Below, piece by piece: positions 1-8,964 of a stretch of 64,000 nt of DNA. Source of the stretch: Prevotella sp. (GTDB lineage: Bacteria > Bacteroidota > Bacteroidia > Bacteroidales > Bacteroidaceae); NCBI GenBank assembly GCA_017627765.1, contig JAGAGD010000095.1, positions 252 to 64,251 on the forward strand, in the 5' to 3' direction. A program made the position numbers and the translations under genes. The notes below the pieces were generated by a model. The model saw nothing but the letters and a program-made list of their open reading frames with translations, was not told the origin of the DNA and did not search any database. Positions within the stretch are counted from its first letter, which is position 1. Each line of letters starts with the position of its first letter.

Positions 1-89
1 GAAAATTTTTAAATTATCAGCGGGTTTAGTTAATCAATTTTTTACCCAACTTGGCTCTGAAAATTGCAAGTTATTGATGATGCTGAGAC

Positions 90-128
90 AAAAAAAAGAT
101 TTCCACTTTCAAACTGAAAGCGGAAATC
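90..128 (-). terminator. Rho-independent terminator of the TBDR/CobN operon
   Basis: Minus strand reads GATTTCCGCTTTCA-gtt-TGAAAGTGGAAATC followed by a T run (A-run at 90-97 on +), about 80 nt after the TBDR stop. Confidence 0.8.
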
Positions 129-205
129 CCTATATCTACAGAAAACTTAGTTTTCTTTTGGTCTTCACTTCGCTGCCGCTCTTTAGCAACAGGCTTTTGA
201 CAGTC

Positions 206-2284
206 TTACTTCTTCAAGCGGATTTTCAGACCGACAGTAAACATACGTCCTGGAGAGAAAAGCGCATATTTTCGGTTTGACGAGTCGATGCGGTTGTCAA
301 CCCTATCAAGAATATTCTCAATGCCAAGACTTGGTTCTATCAGTGCCCATCGGCAGCAGTCAAACGAGTGCGTGGTCTGAATGTTGAGCACTCCAAAGCC
401 AGGAGCATCTTCGTAAGCCTGATAGTAGGTCTTAGACTGGAATCGTCCGTTCAGGTTTACGTTCAGTCCGTAGCGGTTCCAAGAGTGGTGATAGTTAAGT
501 GCAACGGTAGCGGTGTTGCGAATGCTGCGGTCTAACACGCTCCATACATCGTCGGTCTGTGTGCGTGCATAGGTGCAGGCATAGTTGGCAGACACTTCAA
601 AATCTTTCATGAAGTTAGCCGAAGCATTAATCTGAAAGCCTTTCACGTCGCCGCGGTCGCTGTTCTGATAGAGCGAGTATCGCTCCAGTTTGGCAGCCTG
701 GTCGGCAGTCATCTCTGGGAACTCGGCTTGCAGCATAGCCAGCGACTGTGCATCTACGCTGATATCCTTGCGCACAATCATGTCGTTAATGCGGTTGCAG
801 AATGCTGTCACGCCAAAGTAATACTTGTTTGTATGATATTCAGCATTGAGTGCAAAGTAGTTGCTCTTCTCTGGCGACAGGTCTTTGTTTCCGAAAGCAA
901 TCTGTGCCTTGCCACGATTAACCGAGAAATAGTGATAGAAGAGTTCGTCGAGTCCAGGAGCGCGGAAACCAGCCGAATAGGTTGCACGCAGGCGTATGTT
1001 GCCAGGAGCATACATCAGTGTGGCTTTCGGAGTGAAGTGGTTGCCAAATGTTTCGTTATGAGTCATGCGCAGCCCCACAGTGGCTGTAATGTTCTTGAAG
1101 AGCAACTGCTCGTGCTGCAAGTATCCGGCAAGAGTATATACGCTCTCGTCGATGTTGCCAGAGGTTGCCTTCAGGTATTCGCGTCGCCAGTTAGCGCCGA
1201 CGATGGTGGTAGAATTCTGATAGAGACCGAGAATGGCTTTCAGTTCACCTTCCATAGTGCGCTGCTTCTTCGACTGCACATAGTCGCCAATGTCATACTT
1301 CTTTGTAGCCACATCATATTCCTTTCCGTAGCGGTAGCGGTCGATGAAGAACGTGGCTTGCAGAGAGTTTTTCTGCGAGAACTTATAGATACCTCCAGCG
1401 TTCCAGCGCAAACCTTTGTATCTCATTTCGTAGTCGGTGCCGCCTGTAATATCAGGATTGGTGTCAGGTCGGTCGGTTTTCTTCTGCGAATAGTCAATGC
1501 CCGCATTGAAAGCCAGTTGGCGCATTGGTTCGAAGGTGAACTTCTGAGAAATCATGTCGGCACGATAGCCTGTGTAGAAGGGGGCAATGGTCTGCTGAGT
1601 CTCGGTGTCGCTGCCTTTTATGTATTCGAGGTTGCTGTTCTGATAGCTGTCGGCACGGTCGTGGGTTATCGTAGTATATGAGCCGAAACCTCTGTCATAG
1701 ATGTCTATATTGACAGACTCGGTCAGTTGTCCTTTGCCCGAAACACGAGTGTCGGAGGTTATGCTGAGCAACTGACTTGTAGGTTGGTCGGTGATGATGT
1801 TGATGACACCGGCAATGGCATCAGAGCCATAGAGCGAAGAAGCCGCACCGTCGAGCACCTCGATACGCTTCACTCTCGACATGTTGATGCGCGTAAGGTC
1901 GACGTTGCTCGAAATGTCACCCGTAAGTTTCTGTCCATTTATGAGGATTAGAATATATTTATTTCCAAGTCCGTTGAGTCGCAAGAACGTACCCATAGAG
2001 TTTGGAGCCATTGACACCTGCGGCATCATTCGCGTCAAAGCGGCTTCGAATGTGGAAATGCCTTGTTCGCTTATCTCCTGACGAGACAGCACATGAACAG
2101 GCGTGGCTGTTGACTTCAGACGCTGGTGGTGGCCTGAACCTGTAACAACGACTGGGTTCAGCTCATAACTTCGTGATGTAACTGAAGAGTCGCGACGCTC
2201 CATCTTGTGAACCTGAGCATCAGCTTCTGCACTGAAAAGGAGTGCAGCAGACACCAAGAGTGATGTAAAAAGATTGTTTTTCAT
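206..2284 (-). CDS. TonB-dependent outer-membrane receptor (BtuB/HmuR/CirA-like)
   Basis: Signal peptide, TonB box (LNPVVVTG), plug motif RIEVLDGAASSLYGSDAIAGVINIIT, C-terminal beta-strand GRMFTVGLKIRL. Confidence 0.92.
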   Translation of the reverse strand: MKNNLFTSLLVSAALLFSAEADAQVHKMERRDSSVTSRSYELNPVVVTGSGHHQRLKSTATPVHVLSRQEISEQGISTFEAALTRMMPQVSMAPNSMGTFLRLNGLGNKYILILINGQKLTGDISSNVDLTRINMSRVKRIEVLDGAASSLYGSDAIAGVINIITDQPTSQLLSITSDTRVSGKGQLTESVNIDIYDRGFGSYTTITHDRADSYQNSNLEYIKGSDTETQQTIAPFYTGYRADMISQKFTFEPMRQLAFNAGIDYSQKKTDRPDTNPDITGGTDYEMRYKGLRWNAGGIYKFSQKNSLQATFFIDRYRYGKEYDVATKKYDIGDYVQSKKQRTMEGELKAILGLYQNSTTIVGANWRREYLKATSGNIDESVYTLAGYLQHEQLLFKNITATVGLRMTHNETFGNHFTPKATLMYAPGNIRLRATYSAGFRAPGLDELFYHYFSVNRGKAQIAFGNKDLSPEKSNYFALNAEYHTNKYYFGVTAFCNRINDMIVRKDISVDAQSLAMLQAEFPEMTADQAAKLERYSLYQNSDRGDVKGFQINASANFMKDFEVSANYACTYARTQTDDVWSVLDRSIRNTATVALNYHHSWNRYGLNVNLNGRFQSKTYYQAYEDAPGFGVLNIQTTHSFDCCRWALIEPSLGIENILDRVDNRIDSSNRKYALFSPGRMFTVGLKIRLKK

Positions 2285-2288
2285 TTTT

Positions 2289-2612
2289 TTATTCTGGTAT
2301 GTATATTATTTTTCCGTTTTCTAATTCGTAGGCTACACCTACTCTCTTTCCTTTGTTTCCTGAGCCTTGTTCGTCATCCGACGACTTGAAGTGCTTTATT
2401 TCCTTGCCTTCCTTTGTTATAATCTCCATGTTTTCCTTGCCAGGATTCTTAATCATAGTGAAATCTTCCTTGCCAAGCAATTCGGTCATGTTGAAATGAG
2501 TGACCAGCGCCACCATTAAGGCGACAGCAAAAACCATTGCTGCGTCGAACAAGTTGGCAACGGTCTGCATCGGGTCGTCGTCGTTACTATTGAGCAGTCT
2601 GTTTCGTTTCAT
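2289..2612 (-). CDS. DUF2149 membrane protein (HmuV-like)
   Basis: DDPMQTVANLFDAAMVFAVALMV and the GVAYELENGKIIYIPE C-terminus are typical of DUF2149. Start reassigned to the ATG at 2612 (MKRNRLL), overlapping the upstream gene. Confidence 0.8.
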   Translation of the reverse strand: MKRNRLLNSNDDDPMQTVANLFDAAMVFAVALMVALVTHFNMTELLGKEDFTMIKNPGKENMEIITKEGKEIKHFKSSDDEQGSGNKGKRVGVAYELENGKIIYIPE

Positions 2613-3192
2613 GGCAAAGCATTTTTTCAACATAGTCTAAATTATTCATCTCTTTAGCATACCAGCGCTGTCGAACCTGTGTAGTCACTACGCCTATAGC
2701 GGCTATAACCATTCCGACAACCGTCGTGGCAAAGGCTACCTGCATGTTGTATGCCATAGAAGCAATATCGCCTGTTGACAAACCTACAAGTGCTGGTCCC
2801 ATAGGAATAAGCGTACCCATAAGACCGAGCATCGGACCTAACTTTACAAGCAAGCGGGTGTTTCCAAGTTCCTTAGCCGAGTCTACTTCATAGTTAGCAA
2901 CAAGCCGTTCACAGAAATGAGTGTTGTCACTATGCCTAAGCAGAGTTTTCAGACTGTCAATATAGCGGCTATGATTTTCTTCAGAAAGTTTCTCAATTCC
3001 GTCTACAAGCTGGTCGTGGCTGCTGGAATTGATGAAGTCTGTAGCAATAAGAATCTTCTTACGCTGATAGAACTCGTTGAAGAAACCTAAGATGAGAAGG
3101 ACTGCCCTGAAGAAAAACACGAGCAGCAGGAGGATTACGGGGACTAACAGCCCGTTTGAAATCCAAAACAAAGTGTTTGATATTACTTCCAT
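2587..3192 (-). CDS. MotA/TolQ/ExbB proton-channel family protein (HmuU-like)
   Basis: GPMLGLMGTLIPMGPAL...MQVAFATTVVG signature and an N-terminal TM helix. Confidence 0.9.
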   Translation of the reverse strand: MEVISNTLFWISNGLLVPVILLLLVFFFRAVLLILGFFNEFYQRKKILIATDFINSSSHDQLVDGIEKLSEENHSRYIDSLKTLLRHSDNTHFCERLVANYEVDSAKELGNTRLLVKLGPMLGLMGTLIPMGPALVGLSTGDIASMAYNMQVAFATTVVGMVIAAIGVVTTQVRQRWYAKEMNNLDYVEKMLCHETKQTAQ

Positions 3193-3207
3193 ATATGTTT
3201 ATTTCGT

Positions 3208-3759
3208 TTATTTTCCTGTAATGAATATACTAAGAATTATCATAAGTATCTGGGTAACGAAAAGCAACTCCATGCGAAGATGTCGCTCCACAATTATTTT
3301 TTTCAGAGCAAGACTGCCAAAAACAACAATAAGCAAATAGACTAACGACGAAATCCATGCTGCCACGCTGAAATCTATTCCCGCAAAACGGAAGAACAAC
3401 TGAGCCTGAAAGAAACAGACTGCCCCTCCGAAAACAAGTCCAGGATAGACCGAAAGAAATTGCTTCAGACAGCGCTGAACTGGCGCAGACTTAGCCGAAG
3501 GAAATGTATTGTGAAAGCAGAATGCCAACAGTATGGCTGAGTCAAGAAACACCATAAGCGCAGCATTGAGCCTGACGGAGCGATTCTCAATAATCTGAAC
3601 GAAAGCTTCTTGCGACAATCCCGTAACCCACGATGTAGCAAAAAACACGATTATTGCACAAACAACACCTGCAAACACGGTCCACTTAAGCGGATAGAAT
3701 CCCACTTTGAGCAGAAAACTTATAGTTGCAAGGCTTGATATTGCTGCTAATAGAAACAT
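3208..3759 (-). CDS. Multi-pass membrane protein (HmuT-like position)
   Basis: Hydrophobic 183-aa ORF between the CobN-like and ExbB-like genes, as in hmu-type operons. Confidence 0.65.
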   Translation of the reverse strand: MFLLAAISSLATISFLLKVGFYPLKWTVFAGVVCAIIVFFATSWVTGLSQEAFVQIIENRSVRLNAALMVFLDSAILLAFCFHNTFPSAKSAPVQRCLKQFLSVYPGLVFGGAVCFFQAQLFFRFAGIDFSVAAWISSLVYLLIVVFGSLALKKIIVERHLRMELLFVTQILMIILSIFITGK

Positions 3760-3820
3760 CTTCTATATATTTATTATTAAGTGTCTGATTTTTCTTTTTC
3801 ACCTAAATACTCACAAGTTC

Positions 3821-6800
3821 TTATTGGTTTCTGCGCTTTAAATATACAACCACCAATATTATTACAGCAATTACTACTACTGGTATAAGCAAAGTGTTGA
3901 AAGAAACTTTTGAGTCAGGACTTTTTCTACTGCCCTCTTCTTCAAGCACAGTATTCTTTTGTCCATCGGCTACACCCTTCACGTTAGCCATGTCTTTTTC
4001 GTATTGCTCCCGCGATTTAGCGTCAAGTTGTCCTGAAATGAAACGCTGGAGCTTGTTGTTGTTGCAGACAAAGTCGGTACAAGCAGCCCCGCTCTCACGC
4101 GTTATCTGCGCATGAAGCTGAGCAGTAGAGCGCAACTGCTGTGCAGAAGGTTTCCAATATCCTTTTCGAGCACTTTCCAGCATCACTGCTGTCATTGACT
4201 GGAATGCTGCGGGATTAACTTTCTGGAAGTAGTCTTTAACACCCAACTTATTCTCATCGGCAATATACATGCGATAAAGGTCGTTGTAAGTATCTTTGTC
4301 GAGCGATGAAGGACGGGTGACATTCCATCCAAACACGTTGCGGAACATTTCGCCAAACATCTGTGCAGTGCCTTCATCTCCCTGCATACGCTCTTTGACA
4401 AACACAGGATTCAGCAGCGTTGTCCTCATTTCTACGGCGACTGCTTCCTTTGTGTCTTGAAGTCTTCGGTTCTGACTGTTTCGATAGTCTGCCATGTAGG
4501 CATCTGGCTCTTTGCCTGTAATGGCTTTGACCGTCAGCGACAATCCGCCTGTAAATTCATAGACATGGTCGAGTGAGACTGGTCCCCATGTATTGCTTTG
4601 TCGTGGTTGTATAATCACTTCTGTCTCTTTCAGGGCAGACTCAAAAAGTCCTTTCTCATAGGTTCCCCAATTATCGTCATCGCTATAGACAGCACCCATG
4701 TTGTTCAGATAACCGTCAGTGAGTTCCGACGACTTCTCCCATGTTCCGCTTCGCTCAATAAAGTCCATCATGCCTGTGCTGTAGCCGTTGTTAGCAGGAC
4801 CAAACACACGCATTGTTGAAAGTTGGCGTGCACGCTTTGGAGACAAACCTTTCTCTATCAAAGCCTTCTCCTGCATGCGGGTACCCTTGCTGACATAATT
4901 ATCTTTTTCGTCGGCAGCCGATGCCATCTTTACGGCTTCGGTTATCAGTTTCAGACGTGAACTGGCTATATCACGAAGCTGTCCGCTAACCTGAACGACA
5001 ACGTTGATGCGCGGTCTGCCTAACTTGTCAGACGGAACAAGACGTATATCAGAAATTCTGCCCTGACTATCTCTTACGGGTTCAACTCCAAGCATCCATA
5101 ATGCCTGTGCTATTGTTGCTCCCTGAGAATTGATAAACTCCCCTGCCCAGAACGTATAACTTACTTTTTGCGGATAGTTTCCATGTTGCTGCCTATATCG
5201 CATTAGAGTTTCTTCAGCAAGTCTCTTGCCATCTTCCCAAGCCTGAGGGTCTGGGGTGTTCTCTGGGTTTATGCTAAACATGTTTCGTCCTGTAGGCAGC
5301 ACTACTGGGTTTACTATTGGGTCGCCTCCAGGAACAGGAGCAACGCTTCCACCGTTCAGCGCCCTTATCATATTGTCCAGTTCGAGTTGTGTTGAAAGTT
5401 GCAACTTCCTGCTATAATCAACAGCCGACTGCAAAGATGGAGACAAATGTGAGTTAGGATTTCTCATGCCGTTAGCAATCTGTTGTCGCGCCGTAGGCAG
5501 ATAATGATGTGCAACAAATGCATAGTCTTGCAGTTGTTTTGTTGAAATCTTGCCATTATCTCTATCCTTGCGAGCCAGTTCATAGGCAAGTGGATCAGCA
5601 GCAATAGCAAGGGTTGTATTAAGCAAATCGCGCTGAGAATAAGGTACACCTAATGTATAATATGCACCCTGCATTTTCTCATTCGATAGTTCTTCAAGAT
5701 GGGCATCAATGCGCTCTAATTCTTCATGCGTATAGGCTTTATTCAGATTTCCGTCTAAACCGAGTTCACGATTCAGTCCTTCTGCAACTATTTCTTTCTT
5801 CACTCTGAGCAACAATGGCTTATCGTTCTGACGATTGAGGGCAGAATGAACATCGGCCAACAATCTTGAATATTTCTCTCTCATTCCACTTTCTGCATAA
5901 GGAGGAGTGAGATAGGTAAGCAGAATGGCATGGCTGCGACGCTTTGCGATTATGCTTTCGCCAACATTGCCTGTTGTATAATAATAGAAATGGGGGATAT
6001 TGCCAACAAGCACATCGCTCCAATCGCTTCTGCGCATAGCCACTTCGCGGCCTGGAGTAAACTCAAGGTTGCCATGTGTTCCAAAGTGTATGAGTGCATC
6101 GGCTTGGAAACCTTTCTGAACATACAGGTAAGGTGCAATATAACTATGAGGCGGTGCAACGTCAACACCATGTATCAGTTCGAAATCATCATTGCCCAAT
6201 GCTGGTCGTGGCTGAGGAAACAGGAGTATGTTTCCATATCTGACACAGGCAACGGCAATGCTGTCGCCGCGAGAAAGAAGGTTGCCTGGAGCTTCTCCGT
6301 ATCGTTTTACTACTTCTGCATATTTATCAGCTGGCAGCACTTCTTTTGCCCACTGCTCGTATTGCCTGGCAGTTAGCCAGAGAGGATGACCGCTTTTCAT
6401 GTACTTCTGCTGTGTTCCTACAGCATAGGAGCCCAGTACGATTCCCTCTGTCTTTATGTCTTTTGCAAACTGTTCGAGTGTGGCTGGCAGTCCACTGACA
6501 TTGTATCCTTCACTCTGAAGCCGCTTCAGGAAATTGTATAGTGATGGTATCACTTCCATTCCAGAAGCAAGAAGTGCATCTTTTCCTGGTCGTTTGAAAT
6601 ATCCTATAGCAATGTGTTTTTCGCTATTAGGCTTTGTTCTCAGCAAAAGGTGGTTGTAGACATAATCTACAAATGAATTGCAACGCTCAATTTCAGCATT
6701 CCTGACAAAATATCCTTCACGGCTCTTGTCTTGAGTGGCAACACAATACTGAGCAATGCCTCCGTCAATCTCAGGAATTACTATTCGTGCATTCTTTGTT

Positions 6801-7711
6801 CCACTGCTTAGAGGCTGCTTCTCATTAGCCCACTTATCGTGCGGCATGGAGATTGGAAACGGGGTGAAAAGAAGGATATTCTTTTCGTGCAGCCATGATA
6901 TGAGCGAATCGTTTCCGATGCGTCCCATTGCGAAATATACGATAGCATCGGGCGAGAGTTCTTTCAGCATCAACTCCCTTTTCTTGCCTTCGCAAGTCAT
7001 AGGATAGACATTAAAACCTCGCTTTGTAAGTAATGTTATGAGTGTGTCTATATGTTCACGATTACCTTCCATTGGAAACGTAATGCCAGAAATCAATGCT
7101 AAGTTTTTGCCTTGCTTGTTGTAGAGATTGTTTTCCTTTAAGTAGTTTGTGAGTTGCTTGGCTGTTCTGAAGTATTTTCCATACTGACGATGGTAGTACA
7201 TGTTGCGTAACACTTCAACAGGTTTTTCATAGTCTTGGTCTCCCCAGCGATGTGGCGTTGCAATATGTCGGAGACAACGCAGGCCATTCTGGTAATTGTG
7301 GCGGTTTTCGTTTGAAAAATATTCTTGAAGAAGATTTTTCTGACTGTCTGTAAGATTGTAGTTAACTGATGAGCCTGAACCTCTAACTGACTTTGTGAAT
7401 ACAACAGTTCCATTTTCTGCGGCATGCTTTACGGACTCCGCCTGCTCTGGTTTTAGGAAAAGCCGTCTGCCATAGAAGATTATTGCATCGTATCCTTTGA
7501 CTTCTTCCATTTCTTCTGTGTCTACGCAGTCAACGACAATATGCTTGCTGCTGTTGTTTTTTATTATGTCAGCCTGCTGACTTTCCAGTGCATTCACAAC
7601 AAGAATATGTGTAGGACGCAGCCATTGCCTATAACCTAAGAACCCTAATAGTATCACACAGGCTATTATTGCTACAGCCCATATCAGTTTTAGCTTCCAG
7701 TCTCTCTTCAT
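3821..7711 (-). CDS. cobN: CobN/magnesium-chelatase-family protein, membrane-anchored (HmuS/BtuS-like)
   Basis: Motifs PPHSYIAPY, HFGTHGNLEFTPG, LPTGRN, GRPRINVVVQVSGQLRD and DHVYEFTGG; hydrophobic helices at both termini. Confidence 0.9.
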   Translation of the reverse strand: MKRDWKLKLIWAVAIIACVILLGFLGYRQWLRPTHILVVNALESQQADIIKNNSSKHIVVDCVDTEEMEEVKGYDAIIFYGRRLFLKPEQAESVKHAAENGTVVFTKSVRGSGSSVNYNLTDSQKNLLQEYFSNENRHNYQNGLRCLRHIATPHRWGDQDYEKPVEVLRNMYYHRQYGKYFRTAKQLTNYLKENNLYNKQGKNLALISGITFPMEGNREHIDTLITLLTKRGFNVYPMTCEGKKRELMLKELSPDAIVYFAMGRIGNDSLISWLHEKNILLFTPFPISMPHDKWANEKQPLSSGTKNARIVIPEIDGGIAQYCVATQDKSREGYFVRNAEIERCNSFVDYVYNHLLLRTKPNSEKHIAIGYFKRPGKDALLASGMEVIPSLYNFLKRLQSEGYNVSGLPATLEQFAKDIKTEGIVLGSYAVGTQQKYMKSGHPLWLTARQYEQWAKEVLPADKYAEVVKRYGEAPGNLLSRGDSIAVACVRYGNILLFPQPRPALGNDDFELIHGVDVAPPHSYIAPYLYVQKGFQADALIHFGTHGNLEFTPGREVAMRRSDWSDVLVGNIPHFYYYTTGNVGESIIAKRRSHAILLTYLTPPYAESGMREKYSRLLADVHSALNRQNDKPLLLRVKKEIVAEGLNRELGLDGNLNKAYTHEELERIDAHLEELSNEKMQGAYYTLGVPYSQRDLLNTTLAIAADPLAYELARKDRDNGKISTKQLQDYAFVAHHYLPTARQQIANGMRNPNSHLSPSLQSAVDYSRKLQLSTQLELDNMIRALNGGSVAPVPGGDPIVNPVVLPTGRNMFSINPENTPDPQAWEDGKRLAEETLMRYRQQHGNYPQKVSYTFWAGEFINSQGATIAQALWMLGVEPVRDSQGRISDIRLVPSDKLGRPRINVVVQVSGQLRDIASSRLKLITEAVKMASAADEKDNYVSKGTRMQEKALIEKGLSPKRARQLSTMRVFGPANNGYSTGMMDFIERSGTWEKSSELTDGYLNNMGAVYSDDDNWGTYEKGLFESALKETEVIIQPRQSNTWGPVSLDHVYEFTGGLSLTVKAITGKEPDAYMADYRNSQNRRLQDTKEAVAVEMRTTLLNPVFVKERMQGDEGTAQMFGEMFRNVFGWNVTRPSSLDKDTYNDLYRMYIADENKLGVKDYFQKVNPAAFQSMTAVMLESARKGYWKPSAQQLRSTAQLHAQITRESGAACTDFVCNNNKLQRFISGQLDAKSREQYEKDMANVKGVADGQKNTVLEEEGSRKSPDSKVSFNTLLIPVVVIAVIILVVVYLKRRNQ

Positions 7712-7784
7712 GTTAAAGTAAACTTCAACTAAATTTTGTTTTTACAACTTTATGTTTTTGTTTATAATTTATATTTACGCAAAT

Positions 7785-7821
7785 CCATGCAGCAGGCATT
7801 CTGGCAATGCCTACTGCATGG
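7785..7821. other. Intra-operon stem-loop between cbiK-like and cobN-like genes
   Basis: CCATGCAGCAGGCATT-ctggc-AATGCCTACTGCATGG, a near-perfect 16-bp stem with no clear U-tract. Likely an mRNA stabiliser or weak terminator. Confidence 0.6.
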
Positions 7822-7863
7822 TGCATTTTAGAAATAATACGCTGATATTAAATCAGTTAGTTA

Positions 7864-8964
7864 TTATTCTGGATTCTTTGAATGATAATAGTCAAGAGGT
7901 TCGCCGTTGATAGCATCCTTTGTGTGGTTCATCCAGATCTGGCGAACTGTAGGAAGTTCGAGCAGACCCTTTTCAATCATTGTGCTATTGTTGCACTCAT
8001 AGCCCATGTGGTTGAAGAACATCTTCCAAGAAGTATCTTCTACTTCACCTTCTTCGTTAGGAGTGAATCCCTTGCCTTCTACCCAGTTGTCGTCGTCATC
8101 GCCAGCCATGTCGTTGTGTCCGTGGTCGCCGTCGATAGACATGAGTGGGTGGCAGTAAACCTTACCGCTCATGATGCCGTTCTTCTGCATACGGCCGAGA
8201 ACGTGAGTCTTGAAGTTGCCCATCATGTCTACAGTACCTACATAGTAGTTCTTGCTGTAAGTCTGGAGAGCATCCTCAAGTTGTGTGTAGCGGACGTTAG
8301 CCTTGTAAGTGTCGTAAGAGTCAGGGTTACCATGTCCCATGAAAGCAACTACGCCATCCTTAGCCTGCTTGTTGTAAATTGCATTGAGTTCCTTTGCAAC
8401 TGCGTTTACGTCAGCCTCAGCATCCTGGAGCAGAGGCACACCAAGTTTCAGAACAACACTTGACAGATACTTGTCGTCAATGTCGCCATTAGAGTTGTTG
8501 GCGAAGTCCTTGATGTAGTTGATTACGCGAGTATATTCCTCACCAGGAATAACCTGAAGAGACTGTACTACGATTTCCTTATACTTAACACCGTCTTGAG
8601 CAAATGCTGTGAGCCAGAATGGAGGAGCATAGAAATTGCGTGGTGCAACATTCTCACCTGCTGCGGCACGGTTGATGCATATAGCAGAAGAGAAAGAGAG
8701 GAATACATCATAGTCAGGGAATTGTGCCTTGTAAGCAGCAACAGTTGCGTCGAAAGCATCGTAAGCTTGCTGCCAAGTTGAACCGAAAGCAACGAGCAGA
8801 ATAACCTTGTCGTGCTTCTTCTGTGACTTGACTGTCTGGTTAACTTCACTCTGGTAACGAGTGTAGTTGTTCTCATTGTTGTCGTCATCGTCGCTACAAG
8901 CGGTGAAGCTCATAGACACGATCATTGCCATCATGGCAATCATTAAAAACTTAATCTTCTTCAT
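7864..8964 (-). CDS. cbiK: CbiK-family (sirohydrochlorin cobaltochelatase-like) lipoprotein
   Basis: LLVAFGST, VIPGEEY, FMGHG and DGDHGHNDM chelatase motifs. Lipoprotein signal ending FTAC followed by acidic SDDDD. Confidence 0.85.
   Translation of the reverse strand: MKKIKFLMIAMMAMIVSMSFTACSDDDDNNENNYTRYQSEVNQTVKSQKKHDKVILLVAFGSTWQQAYDAFDATVAAYKAQFPDYDVFLSFSSAICINRAAAGENVAPRNFYAPPFWLTAFAQDGVKYKEIVVQSLQVIPGEEYTRVINYIKDFANNSNGDIDDKYLSSVVLKLGVPLLQDAEADVNAVAKELNAIYNKQAKDGVVAFMGHGNPDSYDTYKANVRYTQLEDALQTYSKNYYVGTVDMMGNFKTHVLGRMQKNGIMSGKVYCHPLMSIDGDHGHNDMAGDDDDNWVEGKGFTPNEEGEVEDTSWKMFFNHMGYECNNSTMIEKGLLELPTVRQIWMNHTKDAINGEPLDYYHSKNPE

Noticed and set aside
728-1681. 317-aa + strand ORF (also 18283-19287, 21203-22069, 32318-33178)
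   Set aside because: Antisense shadows of well-supported genes, with no recognisable motifs.
3821-7711. cobN as evidence of the aerobic B12 pathway
   Set aside because: No cobST, the protein is membrane-anchored in an hmu-like context, and cbiD/cbiG indicate the anaerobic route.
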